Assembly: GCA_002269645.1 (NCBI GenBank)
Contig: NIVC01000494.1
Location: 1 to 64,000 of the forward strand
Origin: Macrostomum lignano
Taxonomy: Eukaryota
Reading direction: 5' to 3'
DNA length: 64,000 bases
The notes under the pieces were generated by a model. The model ran no database searches. It was not told the DNA's origin and saw nothing but the letters and a program-made list of their open reading frames with translations. Shown piece after piece: positions 52,501-62,600 of this stretch. Position 1 is the stretch's first letter; each line of letters opens with the position of its first letter. Both the position numbers and the translations under genes were made by a program.

Positions 52501-55500
52501 TATGAGAATATGGGATATAACTATGAGAATATGGGATATAACTATGAGAATTGGGATAGAATTATAGGAATATGGGATATAACTATGAGAATATGGGATA
52601 TAACTATGAGAATATGGGATATAGCTATGAGAATATGGGATATAACTATGAGAACATGGGATATAACTATGAGAGTATGGGATATAACTATGAGAATAGG
52701 GGATATATAACTATGAAAATATGGGATATAATTAAATGATAATATGGGATATAACCATGAGAATATGGGATATAACCATGAGAATATAGGATATAATTAT
52801 ATGAGAATATGGGATTTAACTATGAAAATATGGGATATAATTATATGATAATATGGGATATAATTATGAGAATATGGGATGTATTTATGAGTAAATGGGA
52901 TATAACTATGAGAATATGGGATATAACTATAAGAATATGGGATATAACTATGAGAATATGGGATATAACTATATAACTATGAGAATATGTGATATAACTA
53001 TAAGAATATGGGATATAATTGAGAATATGGGATATAACTATGAGAATATGGGATATAACTATGAGAAAATGGGATATAACTATGAGAATATGGGATATAA
53101 TTGAGAATATGGGATATAACTATGAGAATATGGGATATAACTACAGTCATGCACAAAAGTAAGTACACCCCAAGCAAAAATCGAGAAAAACTGTTAAAAT
53201 TTCTGAACTGTCAGCTGTATTACAACAAAACTGCATCACAATGATCCTTATTGACTGGCATTTATTTTGACACATCAAGCTTTGAAAAACTCTTTGTGGC
53301 TACGGAGCTATGGCAAAAAATGCTCAAACACACCTGTGCAAAAGTAAGTACACCCTGTCTTAATACTTTGTAGCTCCACCTCGTGCAGCCACCACAGCCA
53401 AGAGCCGCTTGCGGTAGCCATTCACCAGCGCAGCGCACCTCTCAGCGGGCACTTTCCGCCACTCCTCGATGCAGAATTCGGCCAATTCCCGCAGATTCTT
53501 CGGCTTCCTCGCGTGAACCATCTTCTTGAGATCCGTCCACAGCATCTCGATCGGATTCAGGTCAGGGCTCTGGCTTGGCCACTCCATGACCTTGATGCGC
53601 CTCTGCTGCAGCCATCGCCGAGTTGCAGCGCTTGTGTGCTTGGGGTCATTGTCCTGCTGCAGTGTCCAAGCTTGTCAAGACCGAGGTCATGCACTGATGG
53701 CTGCAGGTTTTCATCAAGGATCTGCTGATACACAGCCGAATTCATCTTCTCGGTGATGTGCATCAGCCTGCCGGTGCCAGCAGCTGCAAAGCAGCCCCAC
53801 AGCATGATGCTGCCGCCTCCGTGCTTGACTGTCGGCTTCAGGTGTTTCTGCTCAAATGCGGTGTTCGGCTTGCGCCACACGCGCTGCTTCTCATTCCTGC
53901 CGAACAGCTCAATCTTGGTTTCATCAGTCCAAAGCACTGACTGCCAGTAGCTGTCTGGCTTGCTCAACATCGCATTAGCAAACTGCAGCCTGGCATCGCG
54001 ATGTCGCTGCTGCAGCAGAGGCTTTTTTCTTGGAATGCAGCTGCGGAGGCCTGCGCGGTTCAGGGCTCGGCGAACAGTAGTCCTGTGCGGCAATAAGCCA
54101 GCTGCATTCAGCATCTGCTGCAGCTCGCCTGATGTTGCATTCGGGTTTTGGCTGACCTCTTGCGTGAGTTTGCGCAGCGCGCGAGCTGAAATTTTACTCG
54201 GCCGGCCACTGCGAGGCAGAGATGCTGTGGTGCCATTCTGCTTGTACTTTGCGATGATGCGCCTAACTGTTGATATATGCACATTGAAGGCAGTCGATAT
54301 CCGCTTGTAGCCATCGCCACTATCGTGAGCTGCTACAATGCGATTTCTTAACTGAACTGACAGCTCCTGGCCTCTTGGCATTGTCCTGGCGTGTATCAAG
54401 TCAATGATGAAGCGGCTGCATTGCACATAAGCTTTATAGTAGCATGAAAACCAGTAGCTGAGCCGATTGAGGGCAGGGGCAAGCAGGACTAAAGTTGCTG
54501 GTGACGTAACAGGCAGTGAGGCGGCTGGCAATGTACTTATGGTGGCTCGCATCTGCACAGAGGAGGTTATACTGGTAGTAAACGGCAGGGTGTACTTACT
54601 TTTGCACAGGTGTGTTTGAGCATTTTTTGCCATAGCTCCGTAGCCACAAAGAGTTTTTCAAAGCTTGATATGTCAAAATAAATGCCAGTCAATAAGGATC
54701 ATTGTGATGCAGTTTTGTTGTAATACAGCTGACGGTTCAGAAATTTTAACAGTTTTTCTCAATTTTTGCTTGGGGTGTACTTACTTTTGTGCATGACTGT
54801 ATGAGAATATGGGATATAACTATGAGAATATGGGATATAATTGAGAATATGGGATATAACTATGAGAATATGGGATATAACTATGAGAAAATGGGATACA
54901 CGATACTCGCTAAAATCAACAAATCAATAACAAACCTGATCAAGCAGAACCAGTTGGGCAACCAGTTTAGCGCTGCGCGAGCGAACCAACGTTACACCAG
55001 TGGACTCCAGCGAGGCCATGGACTGGTCGCAGTATTGCCTGAGGCCGCCCAGCACGGAGCCTGGTGGGCAGATTGGCTTCGTCTGCTGCTTTTCAGTTGA
55101 AGACGAACTGCTGCTGCCAAGCGATTCCAGCAGGCGCACAACGCCGACTGGCTCAGCCTCGATGCCCGACACCAGCAGGCGGTGCACGAGAAGCTCGGGA
55201 CGATCGAATGGCCAGGCGAGTTTAACCAGCTGCTCGCGCACCCAGGCATGATCGCCTGACCAAAGCCTGCCGCCTAGCGATTCGATGTCTCTGGCTGCGG
55301 TCACCTGCGATGGTGTGGGATTGCGTGCTGGGTCTGAGCAACTGGGGATCTGGGAGGCTGGCCCAGCAACTGAGGATCTGGGAGGCTGGCCCAGCAACTG
55401 GGGATCTGGGAGGCTGGCCCAGCAACTGAGGATCTGGGAGGCTGGCCCAGCAACTGAGGATCTGGGAGGCTGGCCCAGCAACTGAGGATCTGGGAGGCTG

Positions 55501-58500
55501 GCCAAGCAACTGAGGATCTGGGAGGCTGGCCCAGCAACTGGGGATCTGGGAGGCTGGCCCAGCAACTGAGGATCTGGGAGGCTGGCCCAGCAACTGAGGA
55601 TCTGGGAGGCTGGCCCAGCAACTGGGGATCTGGGAGGCTGGCCCAGCAATTGAGGATCTGGGAGGCTGGCCCAGCAACTGGGGATCTGGGAGGCTGGCCC
55701 AGCAACTGAGGATCTGGGAGGCTGGCCCAGCAACTGAGGATCTGGGAGGCTGGCCCAGCAACTGAGGATCTGGGAGGCTGGCCCAGCAACTGGGGATCTG
55801 GGAGGCTGGCCCAGCAACTGAGGATCTGGGAGGCTGGCCCAGCAACTGAGGATCTGGGAGGCTGGCCAAGCAACTGAGGATCTGGGAGGCTGGCCCAGCA
55901 ACTGGGGATCTGGGAGGCTGGCCCAGCAACTGGGGATCTGGGAGGCTGGCCCAGCAACTGAGGATCTGGGAGGCTGACACAGCAACTGGGGATCTGTGAG
56001 GCTGGCTCAGCAACTGAGGATCTGGGAGGCTGGCCCAGCAACTGAGGATCTGGGAGGCTGGCCCAGCAATTGAGGATCTGGGAGGCTGGCCCAGCAACTG
56101 GGGATCTGGGAGGCTGGCCCAGCAACTGAGGATCTGGGAGGCTGGCCCAGCAACTGAGGATCTGGGAGGCTGGCCCAGCAACTGAGGATCTGGGAGGCTG
56201 GCCCAGCAATTGAGGATCTGGGAGGCTGGCCCAGCAACTGGGGATCTGGGAGGCTGGCCCAGCAACTGAGGATCTGGGAGGCTGGCCCAGCAACTGAGGA
56301 TCTGGGAGGCTGGCCCAGCAACTGAGGATCTGGGAGGCTGGCCCAGCAACTGAGGATCTGGGAGGCTGGCCCAGCAACTGGGGATCTGGGAGGCTGGCCC
56401 AGCAACTGGGGATCTGGGAGGCTGGCCCAGCAACTGAGGATCTGGGAGGCTGGCCCAGCAACTGAGGATCTGGGAGGCTGACACAGCAACTGGGGATCTG
56501 TGAGGCTGGTAGCCTTCGGTTTGAGGTGCGGTCGAGGATTTGAAGTATCAATTATTAGAAAAAAAGAACTTACCAACGGGGACTCCGGCTCTTCCTTCTT
56601 AACGGAACCCGGCTGCTGCCCCTTGCCCTGCTGCTGGCCTCTGGCAGCCATCTGCCGGAAATAAGCCGGCTCAAACGTGAACGTGGTCTGCTTGGGCTTA
56701 GACAGCATCGGCATATCGCCGCGCCTCTGCTGTTGCTGCTTGTGAAATTGCTGCTGCTGTTGCTGCTGTTGAAGGTGCATCTGCACAGCTAGAGGCGGCG
56801 GCGGCGGTCCAACAGGCTGCCAACGATGATGACTTTGCGAGGCTGAAGCTACTGCAGTGCCACTCTGCTGCTGCTGCTGCTGAGGCCTAGAAGAGACCTG
56901 CTGCAATCTGCCTAGTGCTTGCAACTTCGGGGCAAAAGTAGAAGCAGTTGCAGCGGCACTCGGATTCGAACCCCTGACGATTGTTGTTGCTGCTGCTGAT
57001 GTTGAACCGTTGCCGTTTTTATTAGCGCCCACGCTGCTACTATAAGTAGCATTGGAAGCCGCGGAGGAAGCGGCCGCAGCAGCAGCAGCAATCAAAGCAG
57101 GTTGATGCGGTCTTCGCCAAGCTGCTGGCTCATCCTTCATCAGAGGAGGCGGTGGCTGCTGCTGCTGCTGCTGCTGCATCGATTGGCGCTCTTTAGAAGC
57201 AGAAGAAGAAGAGACTGCCAACAGCAGCGGAGCACCGCCGCCATTGGCACTGCCGCCGTTACGTCCTCCGCCATTCGCAGCCGCTGCTGTCGGACCGTCA
57301 CGCCACTCCTCCATCATGCGTGGCCTGTCAGCGTCAACCTGCTGGCCGAGACGCCGCGGCACCCAAGCGTTGCGGCGCAGCTCCAGCAGGTCGTCGAGCA
57401 TAAATCGAACCCGAAGCGGTAGGCCGCCGCTAGCCGCCGTTGCCGACATAATTTTGGCCACCCTAGCAAAGTATTGGTCGAACAAGTTGACAGCCGGTCC
57501 CGTGTCAAATCTGCGGCCAGTGATGAGCAGCAGGGTGCACAGGCACTCCATGTCCATTGGCAGATTTGGTCCGCTCTTGCTAGCCAGTAATTTTTTAATG
57601 CACCGATGCAGCACAGGCTCCGGCACCAGGCCTCGGAGGCTGAGCTCGCCGATGAAGCGGAACAGACCGACGAGAGCGCTGAGTCGCCTACTAGCCATCT
57701 CTTCAATGTGCTGCCGACGCTGCTCTTCGGTTTCTTCGTTGTTGTTACTGTTGCCATGGCTACCATTACTACTAGCCGCCGAGCTGATATCCGGCAGGCC
57801 AGCTAATACGCTGTGGCGAGCTTCGAATTGAGTCTCGCAATAGGCCAATAATAGCAGTCCAAAACTGCTGGCAGCGGCCAGGCCAATCTGTTGCTGCTGC
57901 TGCTGCCGCTGCTGCTGCCTGACCCCCAGAGGGGGCGACTCAAAATCTGGCGCGTCCGAACAGAGCCGCAAACAGAGATCAGCGTATAAGCCGCTGAATT
58001 TCACTTCATTGCAAGCCTTCTCTAGTACAAGATGGGCGATATCTTTCAGTATCTGCTTGGACTCTATGCCAACATTGAGGATGTCGATTGATAGTTTGTC
58101 AAATTTCTCCGGCGTGAGCTTATTGAGTATGCTGTGGGATTTCATTGTGGATAATTAATAGTTATTGGGATGATCTGGGACATACATGCGCAACCTCCAA
58201 ATTTCGGTCGGCCATGCGACTTAGTTTTAACAAAAATGCGACGTAGTTTTTGGCCAAAAATGCGACTTACATGTAAAAAAACCCGAAAGCAAAATAAACG
58301 CAACTTTGGGTAAACGGCAGGAGTAACTATGACTGTCTTATAAAGCCAAAATGCCTCGTCAGCTACTTAGTACTACTACTCGGTGTTTTTTCGGGTTGGC
58401 ATTTTTGCGACTTCCTTGGTTGGCCGCCAAATCGGTCGGCCGGATCGGCCGACTCGGCCGACTGTTGCGCATGTATGATCTGGGAAGCCAAGCCTTGAGG

Positions 58501-59687
58501 AATTGGGAAGCCAAGCTTTGGGGATCTGGGAAGCCAAGCGTTGAGGATTTGGAAAGCCAAGCTTTGAGGATCTGGGAAGCCAAGCTGTGATGATCTGGGA
58601 AACCTTGAGATTTGGGAAGCCAAGCTTTGAGGATTTGGGAAGCCAAGATTTAAGGATTTGGGAAGCAAAGTTTAGGGGATTTGGGAAGCCAAGCTGTGAT
58701 GATCTGGGAAGCCAAGCTTTGGGGATTTGGGAAGCCAAGATTTAAGGATTTGGGAAGCAAAGTTTAGGGGATTTGGGAAGCCAAGCTGTGATGATCTGGG
58801 AAGCCTTGAGATTTGGGAAGCCAAGCTTTGAGGATTTGGGAAGCCAAGATTTAAGGATTTGGGAAGCAAAGTTTAGGGGATTTGGGAAGCCAAGCTGTGA
58901 TGATCTGGGAAGCCAAGTTTTGGGGATTTGGGAAGCCAAGTTTTGAGGATTTGGAAAGCCAAGATTTGAGGATTTGGGAGGCCAAGCTTTGAGGATTTGG
59001 GAAGCCAAGATTTGAGAATTTACGAAGCCCCAAGCTTTGAGGATCTGGGAAGCAAAGCTTTGGGGATTTGGGAAGCCAAGCTTTGAGGATTTGGGAAGCC
59101 AAGATTTGAGGATTTGGGAAGCCCCAAGCTTTGAAGATCTGGGAAGCAAAGCTTTGGGGATTTGGGAAGCCAAGATTTGAGGATTTGGGAAGCCAAGATT
59201 TGAGGATTTGGGAAGCAAAGCTTTGGGGATTTGGGAAGCCAAGCTTTGAGGATTTAGGAGGCCAAGCTTTGAGGATTTGGGAGGCCAAGCTTTGAGGATT
59301 TGGGAAGCCAAGCTTTGAGGGTTTGGGAGGCCAAGATTTGAGGATCTGGAAGGCGATAAGCTTGAGAATCAAAAAGAATACAGAGTGAGCAACAAAGCGA
59401 AAAGTCGCCAAATAAAAAACAGCACTCACCCCTTAACTTTCTTAACAATAACCTGGCGCCGCTCCTCCTGATCTAGACCAGCTTTGTTCACCTGAACAGG
59501 CGGCACCCATTTAGTATGCGAGGGTAGAAACCTTGAATTGCTAGCAGTGCTGTCAGCGCTGGTAGCAGCTGGGCCAGTTTGTACTGTAGCACAGTTATTG
59601 CTCTGCTGCACTAAAGAGGATGCTGCTGCATTGGGCTCAGTCTGCTGATCATTAAATCCGGCTGGTTTGTAGCTCTGAGGGGATAAT
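31525..59687 (-). CDS. EIF4G2: eIF4G2/DAP5/NAT1/p97 orthologue (MIF4G, MA3, W2). Coding exons 59687-59430, 58131-56574, 55304-54936, 52261-51848, 51281-51060, 31596-31525; 5' end not identified
   Basis: KWVPP...KKVKG|ILNKLTPEKFDKL starts the MIF4G domain. HHPLGLLLLQQL matches DAP5 HFPLFLLCLQQL. The C-terminus WKEEVNHAYPDKGKALFQ|LNKFLNWLDQAEEESDEEAD matches DAP5 GKGKALFQVNQWLTWLETAEEEESEEEAD rather than eIF4G1. Introns are GT-AG with consistent phases. Confidence 0.9.
31605..51030. repeat. 23-bp satellite (roughly 800 monomers) with ~0.8-1.35-kb higher-order units, filling the last eIF4G2 intron
   Basis: Unit tatgggagattctatgggtagtt. Recurrent variant monomers and a 60-bp non-satellite cassette mark each higher-order unit. 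Confidence 0.97.
51060..51281 (-). CDS. EIF4G2: eIF4G2 penultimate exon (W2)
   Basis: gcccag|ARLGPY...YDLDICDEETIVRWKEE...KGKALFQ|gttggt; 74 codons. Confidence 0.9.
51350..51790. repeat. Degenerate ~35-40-bp intronic tandem repeat
   Basis: Recurring cttagattagagaaaga...aaatctcacc. Confidence 0.75.
51848..52261 (-). CDS. EIF4G2: eIF4G2 exon (end of MA3 and start of W2)
   Basis: acgcag|VSLSDCF...HHPLGLLLLQQL...KLQLEK|gtcagc; 138 codons. Confidence 0.88.
53144..54799 (-). mobile_element. Full-length Tc1-family DNA transposon, 1656 bp, IR/DR-type 214-bp TIRs, TA target duplication
   Basis: TIRs 53144-53357 and 54586-54799 differ at 3 positions. Each carries two copies of tg(c/t)(a/g)caaaagtaagtacaccc. 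TA flanks both ends. Confidence 0.97.
53360..54381 (-). pseudogene. Tc1 transposase (DD34E), 340 aa if a single 1-nt frameshift near 53670 is repaired
   Basis: MPRGQELS...paired-like HTH, WTDETK, KHGGGSIMLWGCF; after the shift, WTLQQDNDPKH...WPSQSPDLNPIE with 34 residues between the second D and E. Confidence 0.93.
54936..55304 (-). CDS. EIF4G2: eIF4G2 exon (MA3 region)
   Basis: tcgcag|VTAARDIE...LVLLDQ|gtttgt; 123 codons, phase 0/0. Confidence 0.8.
55338..56505. repeat. 28-bp minisatellite, about 42 copies, intronic
   Basis: Unit gatctgggaggctggcccagcaactgag. Confidence 0.97.
56574..58131 (-). CDS. EIF4G2: eIF4G2 large exon (MIF4G and low-complexity linker)
   Basis: cccacag|C ILNKLTPEKFDKL...FRFIGEL...MECLCTLL...RVRFMLDDLLELRRNAWVPRR...ESPL|gtaagt. 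Confidence 0.92.
58181..58477. mobile_element. 297-bp MITE with 14-bp TIR (CATACATGCGCAAC) and 8-bp TSD (ATCTGGGA); hAT- or P-like
   Basis: TIRs at 58181-58194 and 58464-58477; TSD at 58173-58180 and 58478-58485; subterminal gtcggcc/tgcgac motifs. Confidence 0.88.
58308..58371 (+). pseudogene. Decayed 64-bp fragment of 28S rDNA (helix 69-71 region) inside the MITE
   Basis: gggtaaacggcaggagtaactatgactgtcttataaagccaaaatgcctcgtcagctacttagt compared with the conserved eukaryotic GGGTAAACGGCGGGAGTAACTATGACTCTCTTAAGGTAGCCAAATGCCTCGTCATCTAATTAGT; about 80-85% identity by eye. Confidence 0.85.
58478..59360. repeat. ~23-bp minisatellite, about 38 copies, intronic
   Basis: Unit gatttgggaagccaagctttgag. 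Confidence 0.95.
59430..59687 (-). CDS. EIF4G2: eIF4G2 most 5' identifiable coding exon
   Basis: tcgcag|...KWVPPVQ...ERRQVIVKKVK GG|gtgagt. It joins ILNKL in phase 2 and contains no Met. Confidence 0.85.
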
Positions 59688-62600
59688 CTGCGATCCCCAA
59701 GTGAAATTGTCTCCAGAATTTTGATAAGAAAAAATTTAGGGAAAATAAAACAATTCTGGTAACCAAGAAGCACACTAGCAGAAAATCAAATTTCGGACAC
59801 ACAATTTATTAGACTTTTTGCACAGATTATCAGTTGTGGCAGCAGTACGTCTGAAATGAAAGTAAAAAATATTAAATAGTACTCAAATGGTGCTTAACTA
59901 TGAAAATTGATATAGAAGCCTAAAAATCTGGCTTCTAAAGATAACATGAAGCTTCTATCCATAGGCCAATTCATTATCTTGGCCATTCTAGGGTACAATT
60001 TAAAATGCCAAAATCATAGTTGAAATTAAAGGTTTTTCTGTTCTTGGTTTTTTACTATTGGTACAAATTATACCTAAAATGCATTAAAACCTTGATATAG
60101 ACACCAGTCACCAATAGCAAAGTAAATGCCAATAGTGAATGTCAATAGAAAATGCACTTTTGGAACATCTTTATTTGTTGCCCTAAAGCAAAATTATGGA
60201 CATGTCCTTAATGTCTCCCCTAGTCATGATGCCCCTATGTCAAAACAAAAAATCTAAAATATCTCTTTATACAATAATGCAAAAATTTGGCAAAATGCTT
60301 AGTGCACAGTGCACTGGACTCTAGATAGTATATAGATGCATGCCAGAAAGTGCAATGTGCAAAGGGACCTGGAGGACACCATTGGCATATAACTTGGTTA
60401 TATAGAGGGGCCTAGCATGCCATTTTGGCGTATAGCCTGGCATACAAAGATTGCCAAGGTAGCAGATAGGACCAAGTTGCAAATCCTAACCAGTGTACAT
60501 AGTTAGTGACTAGCATACAAAAATGACCAAGTTCAAGTTTATTGTAGTCTCGATGCACAGTTGGAATAGCTAAATTTTGATCAAAAAGAATATCTCCTAA
60601 AAAACAGACAGCTAAATAAAAAATTGTCTATCTTTTTAAAAGATTAAATTTTTTAAAAATAAACTAGTTCTTTAGTTTATAGTTTAAATAGTTTAATAGA
60701 ATATTAACGAGTTTTTACTTATCCTTTTTGCAGATTAAAAAAGCACAAGCTGAAAAGTTTGTCATTTTTGTGTTGGCATATTTTTGTGTACAATATAAGT
60801 CCACTATTGGCATGCATAGGCATATAAGAGTTAGGGAAGCAAATTTTGTTCCAGTATACACTGTACATAATCATGAAATGGCAGTGTTTATCCCCACAAT
60901 AGCATAAGAATAATTACATAGCACACTGACAAGATAGCTTTGCTATCTTCCTACAAATACTATAAGGAATAATTTGCAATTTGTTACTTATAGTTTATTT
61001 GCAATATAACGTAACTTTGCTTGAAGATTTGTTTTATATAAGTAAACATAAAAAATATTAAAAGTATATATAGACAATAGGGTAGCTATCTTGTTAGTGT
61101 GCCATGTAGATAAGATAGAAATTATTCCCACAGCATATATAAATCAATAAGATGGCAACCTTGCCTATGTGCCAATAGATAAGTAGAAAATCATTTCCAC
61201 AGTATAGGAATAAGAAAAATTATTCCTATGGCCATACTTAGGAAATTATACTCTATGGCAAAAAAATTCCAACACATAAACAAAAGAATATGCGCAAAAT
61301 AGCACACACAGCATACAACAAAAAGCTTAAAAGAAATTTCTAGTACATAGTAGGCTAGCAGATAGTCACCTAGTATAAATTATGTATAACCTAAAAGAAA
61401 TAAACTTTAAAACACATTTTTAAAGGCATAACTAATTAATATATGTCAATTAGATAATTGTTTTTTGGTAAATTAAATAAATAATTAAAATTCAAATTAA
61501 CAGTTTAGTTTACCATAAAGTTTTAGCAAATATTTCTGATAATTTTCAACATGAGCAAAAAAGGAGTTTTAACTTTAATAACAAGGCCTGAAATGCAACA
61601 AAATTGATATATTATTTTAAAGTTTAATTTAATCAAAATTTTATTAGACTTTTTAGTATTGCCATTGCATACTAGCCCTCTGCTATGCATATAATTATAT
61701 ATCAATAAACAAATATAGGACTTGGTACACAAATTTGGGTAATCCTTTGGTTTTCAATCACCTCCAATAGTGATGATCACCATAAGTCCATATAAAAATT
61801 GTTAGTTTTAAATGAAAAGAAACTCAAACTCATTTCAAATGATAGTAGTTTCAAATAAAAGAATTCAAAAGTAAGCTTACTAACTTTGTTTATTTTGAAA
61901 GATTGTAAATCAGTTTGCTAGTAGCTTATATATCACCTTGCTTTAGGATCACACAAACATACATTTTTCAATAAAATGATCATAAACCAAAGCTAGCAGT
62001 ATTTATAGCAAACTTTTACCTAGCTTTGGTTTACAATCATTTTATGTGTGCTACATATTCAAATGATTAGGCCTATAAACTAAAGCTAATATATAGGCTT
62101 AAGCTGAGCAGAGTCCAAAAATCCACTGCTGCTTATCTTTAACTAATGCTAGGCAGATAGCCTATAGCCAGGCTAATGATATCTATCAGATTCAATTTTT
62201 ATTTCATTTTATAAAGGTGATCATAAACCAAAACTGGCAAAATAGAAGGTGATTATAAACCAAAGGATTGCTTTAATTTGTACTTTAGCTTTGTGTATAC
62301 TCTAAAATATTTTCTTGAATATAGTCATATAGTTTTATAAAAAAAAATATTGTTTCCTAACATAGATAGCCTAATAGTGCAATTGAATAGAATTAAAAAT
62401 ATTGATAATGTAATAATTAATTTTGAGCCATTTTTAAAACTTAATTAAAACTTAATTCAACTTAAGCCTTAAATAATATGAAAATAAGATAAAAAATGAT
62501 AAATAAAAAGTTGACAGAATACTTGATGGAAAAAATGATAGAATACTTGATAGAAAAGTTGATAGCATAGGCCTGCTTAATAGAATAGCAAAAGTTGAAG

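Larger units (their letters stand above)
52310..54895. repeat. 21-bp minisatellite (52310-53143 and 54800-54895) split by the Tc1 element
   Basis: Unit gagaatatgggatataactat on both sides of the insertion. Confidence 0.95.

Noticed and set aside
55222-56551. ~420-aa ASQILSCW repeat ORFs and the repeat tail of ORF 56007-58145
   Set aside because: A 28-bp satellite lying inside a GT-AG intron; the real exon ends at the 56574 donor.
58308-58371. Functional rRNA gene or snoRNA guide
   Set aside because: Only 64 bp, helix-69 pairing is broken, it is far longer than a snoRNA guide, no convincing C/D or H/ACA layout is visible, and it lies within a MITE.
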